From a virus (taxonomy: Duplodnaviria > Caudoviricetes), in the IMG/VR virus record IMGVR_UViG_3300033068_001989, positions 143,752-207,751 of that record: a stretch of DNA of 64,000 bases. One strand, given 5' to 3'. The position numbers and the translations under genes were made by a program. Shown piece after piece: positions 48,949 through 58,496 of this stretch (its first letter is position 1; every line of letters starts with the position of its first letter). The notes under the pieces were generated by a model. That model did not search any database and had not been told where the DNA came from. It was given only the letters and a program-made list of their open reading frames with translations.

Positions 48949-48955
48949 AGGGTTA

Positions 48956-49204
48956 CTATTTATACTGTGTAATCCTATTATGTTTCCAGGTTCTGTAAGA
49001 TCTAGCATCAAATGTAGAAATTAATTTACCATTACCGTGTCTACCCCTTCCTCTCATAGACATAGGTGAACAATCATAATAGAAGCTTCCACTCCTTTTG
49101 CAACATATAAAGCAGTAATCATATTCATGCTTTAGATATGTTAATTTATACTCCCTTGGAGTTGAACATCCGTTGAGCTTTGCTCTGTTTCTGTTTCTTG
49201 ACAT
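48956..49204 (-). CDS. small basic Cys-containing protein preceded by uORF MKKKFDMH*
   Basis: CFICC, C-terminal RSYRTWKHNRITQYK; uORF at 49227-49253. Confidence 0.75.
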   Translation of the reverse strand: MSRNRNRAKLNGCSTPREYKLTYLKHEYDYCFICCKRSGSFYYDCSPMSMRGRGRHGNGKLISTFDARSYRTWKHNRITQYK

Positions 49205-49269
49205 TTTGAATTAGGTTATATTAAACCTAATGCATATCGAATTTTTTTTTCATTTTTTTTAGTTATTTG

Positions 49270-49343
49270 TGACCCCGACAGGATTCGAACCTGTGACCTA
49301 CTCATTAGAAGTGAGTTGCTCTATCCAGCTGAGCTACGGGGCC
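49270..49343 (-). tRNA. tRNA-Arg(TCT)
   Basis: Cloverleaf. Confidence 0.95.
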
Positions 49344-49476
49344 AGTTTTATTTTATTTTTTAATTACATTGCAAATATATGAATCATTTTCGGAATAAAA
49401 AAATTATTTTGGATCTTTTTTAAATTAAAAAGGGTCTAGTAAAACTAGACCCTTTAGATATAAACCTTATTCTGAT

Positions 49477-49656
49477 TTATGCCTTTGTTGTGTCTACTTT
49501 AACTGCTGCTGTATCTACTGCTGTAGAATCAACTTTAGTTGTATCAACCTCTGTGGTGTCAACCGCTGCATCAGTAGAATTTTTAGTATCTACATTTTTG
49601 CATGAATTTAGTCCCAGAGAGAAGATTACTGCAAGTAAGAATAACGTCCTTTTCAT
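49477..49656 (-). CDS. 59-aa lipoprotein with VD(T/S)(T/A) repeats (not in ORF track)
   Basis: MKRTLFLLAVIFSLGLNSC signal/lipobox, then DTT, DTT, DST, DTA, DTT; terminator at 49427-49455. Confidence 0.75.
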   Translation of the reverse strand: MKRTLFLLAVIFSLGLNSCKNVDTKNSTDAAVDTTEVDTTKVDSTAVDTAAVKVDTTKA

Positions 49657-49741
49657 TTTTATTGATTTTTAGTGTTTAATGATTTTATATATCAATAATT
49701 ATACCAAAATTTTGAATTTTGTTTCAATTATCAAAATTTTT

Positions 49742-50194
49742 CTATTTACATATTGAATCTGCAATAGAGATAGACCAGTTAGATGCGCTTTTGTATCTAG
49801 CCTTTAATCCCATTCCCTCTATTAAACCGACTGCGGATCTTAGAAGCGTGTTAGATTGATGCCTTGGATCTGGATTAAGATCAATATCAATAAAGTCAGG
49901 AGTCTTTCCACAATTCTCCATTATCCAGTGTGCTGTTTCAACACTCAATTCAATCTCTTTCCACAATCTTTCATATCTAGCTTGAATTCTAGGTACAATC
50001 ATCTTGTTATAAAGCACGTGTCCGCCCTTATTCGGTTGGTGTAATACAATAACCGTAGCGAATGTTGTGGTGCCGTTGTGATTTTGCGAATCACACCCTA
50101 TGTAGATCTTGTCTTCTGGGTTTTTTGCCATCCACTCATCTAGATAGCTAGATAGATCGATGGTCTTTTTCGTCGTTAGGCTTTTCCATTCCAT
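49742..50194 (-). CDS. RNase H-like YkuK/DUF458 family protein
   Basis: IYIGCDSQ, GGHVLY, RLWKEIELS, IDIDLN, SIAD. Confidence 0.8.
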   Translation of the reverse strand: MEWKSLTTKKTIDLSSYLDEWMAKNPEDKIYIGCDSQNHNGTTTFATVIVLHQPNKGGHVLYNKMIVPRIQARYERLWKEIELSVETAHWIMENCGKTPDFIDIDLNPDPRHQSNTLLRSAVGLIEGMGLKARYKSASNWSISIADSICK

Positions 50195-50300
50195 GGTTAA
50201 AAATATTTATTGTTTTATTTAAGCTATATATTGATCTTTTGTTTCCTTATACAATAAAGATTTTCTATTTATTGATATATAATTAAAATAATTCAATTAT

Positions 50301-50873
50301 ATGGACCCAAGAGTATTAAATCTAAGCGCATTCGGAGAAGTTATCAAAAACCCAAAAGATGCAAAACAAGTTGATGTTGAAGAGCCACAGAGAGCATTGC
50401 CGCCTCCTAGTAGATTCCCATCACCTGCAGATTTTGATGACCTTCCTTTTGTTAAAAATTCAAAAAAAGAAGATTCTGACGATTCGACCAAATATGGAAG
50501 AATAACACAAATGGTTCTTCAAAATATGGCACAAACAAAATTGCTACATTGGCAGTCTATGTTATACGGACAACACAAAGCTCTTGATGGCCTTTTTGAT
50601 AGTATCATAGAAATAGGTGATACCCTCATCGAAACATTAATGGGCAAATACGGAAGACCTGTATTAACCAGCGAAGAGCTTACTATAAAGCTTTATAATT
50701 TCGAGAATGCTAAGGATGGTGATCTTTCCAGATTCATTGACGATCTATATAAATGCTATAGAGACGAATGCAGAGCATGTTTTGATTCTGATTCAGATAG
50801 TGAATTAATCAATATAATCGATGAAATGCTAGCTGCAGTAGACCAAACTAAGTATCTAATATCATTAAGATAA
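50301..50873 (+). CDS. ferritin/Dps-like four-helix protein
   Basis: LLHWQ..HKALD..DTLIE..GKYGR..NIIDEM..KYL. Confidence 0.7.
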   Translation: MDPRVLNLSAFGEVIKNPKDAKQVDVEEPQRALPPPSRFPSPADFDDLPFVKNSKKEDSDDSTKYGRITQMVLQNMAQTKLLHWQSMLYGQHKALDGLFDSIIEIGDTLIETLMGKYGRPVLTSEELTIKLYNFENAKDGDLSRFIDDLYKCYRDECRACFDSDSDSELINIIDEMLAAVDQTKYLISLR

Positions 50874-50874
50874 T

Positions 50875-51612
50875 CTAGTAGACATTCGATTTTGTTTGAT
50901 TTTTTACTATTATTATAGTGTGACATGCAAATACATCATATTTCCACATTCTTGATTTTGAATCGTATTGCTTAGATATTATAATCATGGTACTACAGCC
51001 AAACTTCCAGTTCCCATACTTATGTATTGAACTTTTGTGTGATGGTGAATTTAGATATCCATTTAAAAAGTTATCCTCCTTTGATTGATCTTCGTTTTTC
51101 CTCATGAAATTCGAATATTTCTCTATGATATCTGCATCTGGTATGCTGCTATTTTCGGATTTGTAAGAATAAGCATCTTGAATAAACAATTCAGAATTCC
51201 AAACAAGGTTGTTTCTCTTTAATATAGGGAGATTGTCTTTATCTGGAAATATGCATCCCTTTGGCTCCTTAAATAGTGACGGATTTCCATAGAATCTTTT
51301 ATGTGCGATCTCTCCATCGGGTACATTATCCAATAAAGATTTAAAAGAACATTGTTTAGAGGATTCCTTAAATACTAATACTGAATATTCGCTTCTCCCT
51401 GCAGCAACAGTATCTAAAACAGGATCCCTCTCTATGATCCTTCTTTCCCCTGTTGTTTTGTAAAAATAGTTAGCAACATATTTTTTATAATGCTTACTAA
51501 AATGATTGTCCATCTTCTCTGATAAGTATATTCTAGAATATGTCTTTTTATTGTTTTGTGCTGTACAAGATAGCGTAACAAATATACCTATTAATAATAA
51601 TAATTTTTTCAT
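50875..51612 (-). CDS. exported protein or lipoprotein, possibly CAP-like
   Basis: Signal peptide MKKLLLLIGIFVTLSC; YLNSPSHK. Confidence 0.6.
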   Translation of the reverse strand: MKKLLLLIGIFVTLSCTAQNNKKTYSRIYLSEKMDNHFSKHYKKYVANYFYKTTGERRIIERDPVLDTVAAGRSEYSVLVFKESSKQCSFKSLLDNVPDGEIAHKRFYGNPSLFKEPKGCIFPDKDNLPILKRNNLVWNSELFIQDAYSYKSENSSIPDADIIEKYSNFMRKNEDQSKEDNFLNGYLNSPSHKSSIHKYGNWKFGCSTMIIISKQYDSKSRMWKYDVFACHTIIIVKNQTKSNVY

Positions 51613-51666
51613 TATGTTTATTTTTGATGATGCAAGATTAATAAATTATCGCGAAATAAAAAAATT

Positions 51667-52221
51667 CTAGCTTATTATTTCATAAATTTTTTGGTGTATC
51701 CATCCAATTTTTCCAGGATATAGTGAAATCATTCCAAATATAAGACCTATTATATGCATACTGTGCGATATTGTGTCATCTTGGAATATACCTATAAATT
51801 CAATGAATAATATAATTGATACCTGGACATATCCTATCCACTTAAATCTACGGATTGAGCATATTGCTCTAGTCAATAGAAAGTAGCAGGTTCCTGATAT
51901 TCCTATTGCTGTGAATTCATTGTTTATTATTATCACCGGGAGATGAAATATTGATATGAGAGAGGTTACCCAAAATATTTTCTCGAACGTATAGAATCTG
52001 TTTATTTTTACATTCAGACATAAAAAAATAATAAGAAGATTACTTAGTAGATGTTCTAGATTGGAATGTAGTAATCCGCTAATTAGTGGATTTATTGAAA
52101 AGTAGTAAGAATAAATACCACCCATAAATAAGTCTATAATTATATACAGTAATATTGAAGCTATACACATTAATGCTACCTGTAGTGTTGTTATGGATGA
52201 GAATTTCATTCTTTCGATCAT
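51667..52221 (-). CDS. rhomboid-family intramembrane serine protease
   Basis: Multiple hydrophobic helices, HSNLEHLLSN, GISG, SHSMHIIG; start placed after the promoter at 52235-52268. Confidence 0.78.
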   Translation of the reverse strand: MIERMKFSSITTLQVALMCIASILLYIIIDLFMGGIYSYYFSINPLISGLLHSNLEHLLSNLLIIFLCLNVKINRFYTFEKIFWVTSLISIFHLPVIIINNEFTAIGISGTCYFLLTRAICSIRRFKWIGYVQVSIILFIEFIGIFQDDTISHSMHIIGLIFGMISLYPGKIGWIHQKIYEIIS

Positions 52222-52307
52222 ATCTTTATTTTTTGCAAAGATAAATAAAAAATACGAAATAAAAAAAATAATGGAGATCAATTTTTAATATTGATCCCCA
52301 TTATTTT

Positions 52308-52550
52308 CTAACAGATCTTATCATCCAGTCTTTTTATGAATAAATCAGGATCGACCTCGGAATGTTCAGATATACTTATTCTTATAGTTGCAACGTCCTT
52401 CTCGTATTCAATCTCACATTCGCATTTATGTCTATATTCACTGTGGAATTCTCTAAATAGTTCAACAACCTCCTGGCTGTATCCCTTCACACTAAATTCT
52501 CTGATATGCCGAGCATCCTTGTTATACCTAGCCGTTAATACTGTTGCCAT
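52308..52550 (-). CDS. hypothetical protein
   Basis: 80-aa ORF with a late-type motif upstream and a terminator downstream. Confidence 0.7.
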   Translation of the reverse strand: MATVLTARYNKDARHIREFSVKGYSQEVVELFREFHSEYRHKCECEIEYEKDVATIRISISEHSEVDPDLFIKRLDDKIC

Positions 52551-52605
52551 TTTTCTATTTTTTTAATTTATATATTCTAAAAGCAGAAATGCTTGTCAAT
52601 TTATT

Positions 52606-52872
52606 CTATCTTATCTTTCTGATCTTTATTATCACTTCAGAATCGCCCTTTATCAATCTGTGCCATACACCCTTTTTAATCTCAATTGGTCGATCTAATT
52701 TTATTGGTAATTGGTTATCAAACTGGAAAGTCCAGTTCGTTTCTTTCATTGATTCTATTATTCTGTCCTCTTCATCAAAATGCCATTTAAGCTCATCGCT
52801 TTCGACATTCTCACTAAATGTTCTTATTATCTCGTCATTAGATACAACTATCTCGTCGTACGGTACTACCAT
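52606..52872 (-). CDS. small cupin-like protein
   Basis: ELKWHFDEEDR..WTFQFDNQLP..WHRLIKG. Confidence 0.65.
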   Translation of the reverse strand: MVVPYDEIVVSNDEIIRTFSENVESDELKWHFDEEDRIIESMKETNWTFQFDNQLPIKLDRPIEIKKGVWHRLIKGDSEVIIKIRKIR

Positions 52873-53444
52873 GGTCTATTTGATTTAATGCCTAGTAATT
52901 TTCTATATCTCGAAACGTTGCATGCCCACCATCTTGGTTTCCATCTTGGTCCTGGATTATCACATCTCATTCTTGCCCTGAATGATGCGGCTTTACCTGG
53001 ATCGTTATTATTTACTCTCATTCCCGGCTGACCAAATCTAACCTGAACAACCTTACCACTTTCATTTTTAGTATAGACCGCAAATTTCCTAGGTCCTCCT
53101 GGAGTTCTTCTTGGCTTGTTCAGCTGTACTTTTTTACCTTGGTATTCTGCCTCGTCGATTTCATCCCATATCATATACGGAACGTCAAGCATTACACTCT
53201 CACCCTCATAGATGTCATATAATCCTGCATCAGTGCTTATTAGAAAAATATCATCATCCTCAAGATCTATCATATTACTCTCCCACATTTCCCTTGCCTC
53301 GTTAACTAGATTAAGCCAGGCGTCAGATTCTATCCTATATACGCTTTCCATCAATGGTATACCCTCATTGAGATGGTATCTAAGTCCCTCACTTATTTCT
53401 GAAAAATCGTTTGTTTGAGATTCGAATGTTTTTATGTATTTCAT
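52866..53444 (-). CDS. putative virion protein with a basic C-terminal domain
   Basis: MKYIKTFES N-terminus; EAEYQGKKVQLNKP..VRFG..SFRAR..C..WWAC. Confidence 0.75.
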   Translation of the reverse strand: MKYIKTFESQTNDFSEISEGLRYHLNEGIPLMESVYRIESDAWLNLVNEAREMWESNMIDLEDDDIFLISTDAGLYDIYEGESVMLDVPYMIWDEIDEAEYQGKKVQLNKPRRTPGGPRKFAVYTKNESGKVVQVRFGQPGMRVNNNDPGKAASFRARMRCDNPGPRWKPRWWACNVSRYRKLLGIKSNRPW

Positions 53445-53445
53445 A

Positions 53446-54075
53446 TTAATTTAGATATTGTTCAGCGTACTGATATATGTATTTATTATATTTTTTCAAT
53501 ACATCCTCACTGACAACTTTCTTTATATCGTTGTAAAGAGGATTTGTTTTTAATAGATCTCTTAATTGTGACATCTGCCTTATTCTTTGATGTGAAAGCA
53601 TAATTTCAACTATCGATTGTGAGAAAGCCATAATCTCGTCCTTGTTGGAGAAGTACTTAGCTCGATCATTAGCATCAGGTAATGTATATTCAACATTTGC
53701 TCTTCTTTCCCATTGACCTTTATGTATGCTCTCGTGTTGTATCATATGGGATATAAATCCAAGCTCTCTGAAACCTATTCCTGGTATATTTAATACTATT
53801 GTCACGTTATTATCATCGTCAATATAACCGAAGAGCGGTGTATTTTGAGGTGGTGCAGTATGTTTCAGATTATCTGGTAATGCTCTATAGAACTCATCAT
53901 ATCTTTTGAATTTAACATCATGATTCCATGCTATCATATTTGCCTGGTCTATTGATATGGGTCTTTGGGAACATGCTTCAGCAAGTTCTCTCATGAGCTC
54001 ACTATAATCTATTGGCATTATAACTGCTTCACTAATCGATCCAGTATAATCTTTGAATTTTTTTATATTATACAT
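53446..54075 (-). CDS. putative zincin-like metalloprotease
   Basis: QHESIH (HExxH) with downstream Y..N.DEIMAF. Confidence 0.6.
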   Translation of the reverse strand: MYNIKKFKDYTGSISEAVIMPIDYSELMRELAEACSQRPISIDQANMIAWNHDVKFKRYDEFYRALPDNLKHTAPPQNTPLFGYIDDDNNVTIVLNIPGIGFRELGFISHMIQHESIHKGQWERRANVEYTLPDANDRAKYFSNKDEIMAFSQSIVEIMLSHQRIRQMSQLRDLLKTNPLYNDIKKVVSEDVLKKYNKYIYQYAEQYLN

Positions 54076-54191
54076 TGACTAATTTAATTTTATCTATATA
54101 TCAAAAAAATCAATTTTTTATTTTTTTATCCCGCACGTATTCTATATCTTTGCATAAAATTAATAAAGGAACTGAACTATAAATTAAAAAA

Positions 54192-55094
54192 ATGAGACAA
54201 ATCAAAGTTAACAAAGAGGCTTTTACTCCCAGGACAACTAGAGCTTCCGCGTTATATTTAAACGAGGTTGACCGAACCAAGGTCATGGATCCACAAAAAG
54301 AAGCAGAAATTGCATTTTTAGCATTTAATGGAGACGAGGATGCAAAATTAAAATTAATTAATTCGAATTTAAGATTCGTATTAACAGTAGCTAAGAACTA
54401 TGCTAAAAATCCCGACGATTTTGCCGAGATAGTTGCTGTTGGAAACATCGGATTGGTTGAAGCTGCATCACTGTTCGATCCAAGTAGAGGATTTAGATTT
54501 ATATCGTTCGCAGTTTGGCACATAAGAAAACAGATATTAGCACACCTTAGTGATAACGGTAGAACTGTCAGAATACCATTAAATCAGGTTAATACACTTA
54601 AAGCTATGAGAGATGCATCAAACGTGATCTCCATGAAAGAAGGTAGAAATGCAACATTTGATGAGACCATAGAGGAGATAAAAAAACTTGATAAATTCTC
54701 TAGAATAAAAACAAATATAATTCATAATGCTATTGGTGCTGATTCCAAACCATCCTCATTTGATACACCACTAGGGGACGAAACAGGAAGCTCTACGTTG
54801 ATAGACATCATGGACTCTGGTGAATATTATACCGATGATGAAATAGATACCGATCAGAAGAATTCAATATTGCTAAAATTAACTGAGGTTCTCGACTCTC
54901 ACGAAACCGAGATAATATTGAGAAGACATGGGATATCTCCATATGATGAAGGAGAAGAAAACTATTCACAAATATCTATTAATATGGGTATGGGTCTAAC
55001 TGGTGAATGTGTTAGAATAAAATATATGAAAGGAATAAGGAAGATGAGTAAATATGCAGAAAGACTTAACTATAAACTAACTGACATTTTCTAA
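54192..55094 (+). CDS. sigma-70 family (RpoD/RpoS-like) sigma factor
   Basis: YLNEV, NLRFVLTVAKNY, GNIGLVEAA..FDPSRGFRFISFAVWHIR, RTVRIP; early promoter at 54121-54153. Confidence 0.93.
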   Translation: MRQIKVNKEAFTPRTTRASALYLNEVDRTKVMDPQKEAEIAFLAFNGDEDAKLKLINSNLRFVLTVAKNYAKNPDDFAEIVAVGNIGLVEAASLFDPSRGFRFISFAVWHIRKQILAHLSDNGRTVRIPLNQVNTLKAMRDASNVISMKEGRNATFDETIEEIKKLDKFSRIKTNIIHNAIGADSKPSSFDTPLGDETGSSTLIDIMDSGEYYTDDEIDTDQKNSILLKLTEVLDSHETEIILRRHGISPYDEGEENYSQISINMGMGLTGECVRIKYMKGIRKMSKYAERLNYKLTDIF

Positions 55095-55097
55095 TAA

Positions 55098-55460
55098 ATG
55101 AGCGAGATATTATACATATTAATGACATCGTCTGGTTCATATGATGACTATATGACACATATACTTGGTGTATATTCAAGTAAAGAACTAGCGGAGGAAG
55201 GGAAGATTAAATATATCGAAGCGCTTGATCAGTTTTTCGCTATGAATCCATGTCCTGTAGATGAAAAGACACGTGAAAAAATAGAATCCTATGAAATAAC
55301 TATAGATGATAACGGTGAAAACACATTGATAGATTTATATCAAGATTGGTACTTTAAAACCTGTTCTGTTTTTGAGCTGTCTAGAGACCCGTGGATAATC
55401 GAGAAAATAATAGATCAAATAGATCTTAAAGTAATAGAGGATAGATCAATAACGGTTTAA
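55098..55460 (+). CDS. hypothetical protein
   Basis: GSYDDY..ILGVYSSKELAE. Confidence 0.7.
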   Translation: MSEILYILMTSSGSYDDYMTHILGVYSSKELAEEGKIKYIEALDQFFAMNPCPVDEKTREKIESYEITIDDNGENTLIDLYQDWYFKTCSVFELSRDPWIIEKIIDQIDLKVIEDRSITV

Positions 55461-55493
55461 AAAAAAAGCAGATCATAAGATCTGCTTTTTTTT
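55459..55493. terminator. bidirectional terminator between convergent genes
   Basis: aaaaaaagcagatc/gatctgcttttttt. Confidence 0.8.
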
Positions 55494-56598
55494 ATTTTTT
55501 TCTTGGTATATTAACCTTACCTGTTACCTTGTCCATTGTTGGTATAATACAATCTGTTTCTATCTTGAATACAGTATCATCAAGAGGTGCAAACACCATA
55601 AGTTTTATAGCTTGGTTATAATATGGTTTTTTAACTATTGATATTTTATAGTCTGGATCTCCACTAACGTCACCCTTCTGAACTATTCTAAACTTTCCTT
55701 TTTCGTCTAGTATTTTTGTTTTTATTACCTCTTCTATTTTATCGGAAGGGATACCAATTTCTGCTAATTTTGTTCTCATTCCCTTAAGGATTTTTCCCTT
55801 AATTGTATTAAGCGAGCTTACAAAATCATCAGGTGATTGAGCTTCTCTTTTTCTCTTTCTTAATCCAAGAAATGGTGTTATATAGAAATTATCAGATCCT
55901 TGGTACACAACGAAACAATCGGGTATTTCTAATGGATCTAGACTTAAATTTATTACTGTATTAGGTGAAGCGTATAATCCTATCTCGTTCTCAGAATAGT
56001 AACCAACGTATCCGTTTCCTTCGTTACCTTGTTTACCTTTTTTGCTTATGCCTTTTGTACAAGTTATTAGCTCTCTATATTTCTCACCTGAGAATTGCAA
56101 TTCCGCTTCTATGTATTGGAACGATTCCTCCTTTCCTTGATCAGGGAGAAGTGTATTTTTGAATATGAAATTTTTACCAAATCCTATTTTCTGCTCTTCG
56201 GTTTCAACCCCAAGCATTTCCATAACCAATTTCTTAATGGTATCAAGTCTAGCTCTACATAATTGAGCATTATCAGATTTATCGCCAGCTAATCTTTTGT
56301 ATCCATCCTTAGAAAGCTGAGCCTTTAATGCTGGTGTTACTGGGATTGTAGATGTTGATGCAGTTAACATTATTGTAGTTACACCTTTGTATATACTACC
56401 GTTTATAAGCTTCGATATTATATTTGTAGCAACATCATTTTTAAGCTTCAATAGATCCTCAGGTTTTAGGTTTTCTAATTTATATTGACCAAGCGGAAAT
56501 TGAAATCTAGCTTTATCAACCACTCCTGTAACCTTCTCATATTCAGCTGGCTCGTCACCTTCATTTAGAAAGGTTAAGAAATCTTTTATTCTACTCAT
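55492..56598 (-). CDS. hypothetical protein, putative virion-internal
   Basis: MSRIKDFLTFLNE N-terminus; GATATATA upstream. Confidence 0.75.
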   Translation of the reverse strand: MSRIKDFLTFLNEGDEPAEYEKVTGVVDKARFQFPLGQYKLENLKPEDLLKLKNDVATNIISKLINGSIYKGVTTIMLTASTSTIPVTPALKAQLSKDGYKRLAGDKSDNAQLCRARLDTIKKLVMEMLGVETEEQKIGFGKNFIFKNTLLPDQGKEESFQYIEAELQFSGEKYRELITCTKGISKKGKQGNEGNGYVGYYSENEIGLYASPNTVINLSLDPLEIPDCFVVYQGSDNFYITPFLGLRKRKREAQSPDDFVSSLNTIKGKILKGMRTKLAEIGIPSDKIEEVIKTKILDEKGKFRIVQKGDVSGDPDYKISIVKKPYYNQAIKLMVFAPLDDTVFKIETDCIIPTMDKVTGKVNIPRKK

Positions 56599-56665
56599 TA
56601 TTTAGATTTTATTTGTTTATATATCTAAATAATAACCAATAAAAAAAAAGAGCCAATTGGCTCTT

Positions 56666-57367
56666 TTATAGTGTTAGTAGCAGAGAATAGTCATCGGGAT
56701 CTTCAGGGTTTATTATAAGATCTACTGTTTCTAATTTCTCTTTCTTTTTTATCGGTTCAGTGAACCATTCTGAATAAATATCGTCCCATTGAGGGTCTTT
56801 ATTTTTAGAATATGTGATGATATCTTTCTGAATTATAGAATCACATTCATCCCACTTATGCCACCTTGTTGTTGGTTTATCCGTATCACTAGGATCGAAA
56901 ATATCATCGATAGTAGCTACTGATTCCTTCATATTGAAATGCTCGATCATACTGGAATTCCTTCTTTGAAGATGTATATCCCCGTAATTAACGTAGTTAG
57001 TTTCGTTTGTTATGTTCCAATAATCAGGAGTAGAGAATTCAACATATGCTATATCTTTATTATCACATAAACCATATGCGGTAATTAGAAGTATATTGTT
57101 TATTTTCCCCTTCCTATTATAGAAATATTGGGTTTGCTGGAATATACCTCTTCCTACACTTGCAACTTCAGAGACCCCTGGTTTTTTTTTCGGTAAAGAA
57201 GGTGGAAGAACGATAAGGAATTCACAGTCATCCATAGCAGAATTGCTATACGTCCCTCCTGAAAATTCCTTTAAATCTACATCAAATCTTAAAATATATC
57301 TCCGAATCTTATCAACCGTCTCCTTAGGTACAGCATTACTCTTCGAAAAATATATCTTATTTTTCAT
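56666..57367 (-). CDS. hypothetical protein
   Basis: ORF coupled to the upstream gene, in an early unit. Confidence 0.7.
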   Translation of the reverse strand: MKNKIYFSKSNAVPKETVDKIRRYILRFDVDLKEFSGGTYSNSAMDDCEFLIVLPPSLPKKKPGVSEVASVGRGIFQQTQYFYNRKGKINNILLITAYGLCDNKDIAYVEFSTPDYWNITNETNYVNYGDIHLQRRNSSMIEHFNMKESVATIDDIFDPSDTDKPTTRWHKWDECDSIIQKDIITYSKNKDPQWDDIYSEWFTEPIKKKEKLETVDLIINPEDPDDYSLLLTL

Positions 57368-57719
57368 TAGTTCCGAACCACTCGTCAACAATTGCCTGTG
57401 CTGCTTTCAATTCAATCTCTTTCAGATTCAATTTAAGCTTGGTTTTATGTAGTGTATTAACCCAAGAAGCAGCATCGAAGTCATCACCACCAGGCTTTAA
57501 AGAGTAGCTGTTATTAGGAGCAAGGTCAGTAAGCTTAGAAATCTCCATTTCCAAAGCAAGCTTCTCTGTTTCTACTCTTTGTACTAAAGCGTTTGCTGCG
57601 ATAGATGCACCCTTTGATAATAAGGTTGCTCTTGTTTCCTTGATTGATGCATCAGATGCACTTAAATTCGTAATGAATTTGTTTTTAGTTGGTTTTTGAT
57701 TACCTGATAAATTTTCCAT
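57357..57719 (-). CDS. hypothetical coiled-coil protein
   Basis: 120-aa ORF after the early promoter at 57754-57786. Confidence 0.75.
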   Translation of the reverse strand: MENLSGNQKPTKNKFITNLSASDASIKETRATLLSKGASIAANALVQRVETEKLALEMEISKLTDLAPNNSYSLKPGGDDFDAASWVNTLHKTKLKLNLKEIELKAAQAIVDEWFGTNEK

Positions 57720-57822
57720 TTTTTTATTTTTTATTGTTCCTTATAATTAGATTGCAAATATATCATAAAATTGCGGGATAAAAAAATAAAAGCACAAAAA
57801 ATCCATCAGGAGATGGATTTTT

Positions 57823-58137
57823 TTATTTTCTGAATTTGGATGGGAATAACATTCTGAGCTCGTGCCCCTGAGGAATATCCTTTGTTCTTATACCGAAAAC
57901 TTTCTTTTCTGGGCATGGGTCCTTTCCGTCTATCTTAAATCCATTATTACATGCCCATGTCTCAATAGAGCGCGTATAATGCTCTCCTTTTCTATATGGG
58001 AAGTTTACCCCTGATTGATTATCGATTGTGTCTATACGACCTCCTAATAAGGTAATATTAATATCTCTATTCTGTCTTGACGTTAGAACAATTTTCTTCT
58101 CGCTTGAGAATGCTTCAAATAATAATAGATTTTTCAT
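57823..58137 (-). CDS. hypothetical protein
   Basis: MKNLLLFEAF N-terminus; GATATATA upstream. Confidence 0.75.
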   Translation of the reverse strand: MKNLLLFEAFSSEKKIVLTSRQNRDINITLLGGRIDTIDNQSGVNFPYRKGEHYTRSIETWACNNGFKIDGKDPCPEKKVFGIRTKDIPQGHELRMLFPSKFRK

Positions 58138-58208
58138 TTTTTATATATCAATAATATCAGATTATATTCTAGTATTATTTGGGCTTATTTATAATATTAT
58201 GGTATAGT

Positions 58209-58496
58209 TTAGACTGATTTTACTGTATCCCATTCAATCTTTGTTTTTTCGATTATCGAGTTGAATTCTTCTTCTCTTAATTGTATTTTCATTTCTACTA
58301 ATTCACTATTGTATCTTCTAAAAAACTTTCCATGTAGATATGGAAATATCCTGACCCTACCTCTATATCCATAATATTCATCTTTCTCCAATTTTACCAG
58401 ATATTCCTCGTCGTCTATCATAAGATAGTCACGACTAGCTATATCTGCAAAACCTATATGCTCGAAATACGTAAATTTGTATGTCTCTCCCATCAT
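58209..58496 (-). CDS. paralogue family member (KFxY..DxEEY..W)
   Basis: YKFTY..MIDDEEY..IEW. Confidence 0.7.
   Translation of the reverse strand: MMGETYKFTYFEHIGFADIASRDYLMIDDEEYLVKLEKDEYYGYRGRVRIFPYLHGKFFRRYNSELVEMKIQLREEEFNSIIEKTKIEWDTVKSV

Noticed and set aside
31500-49400. tmRNA, or hammerhead / HDV-like (theta) ribozymes next to tRNAs
   Set aside because: No tag reading frame between tRNA-like ends, and no complete CUGANGA/GAAA or HDV core could be built by eye; a motif search is still warranted.
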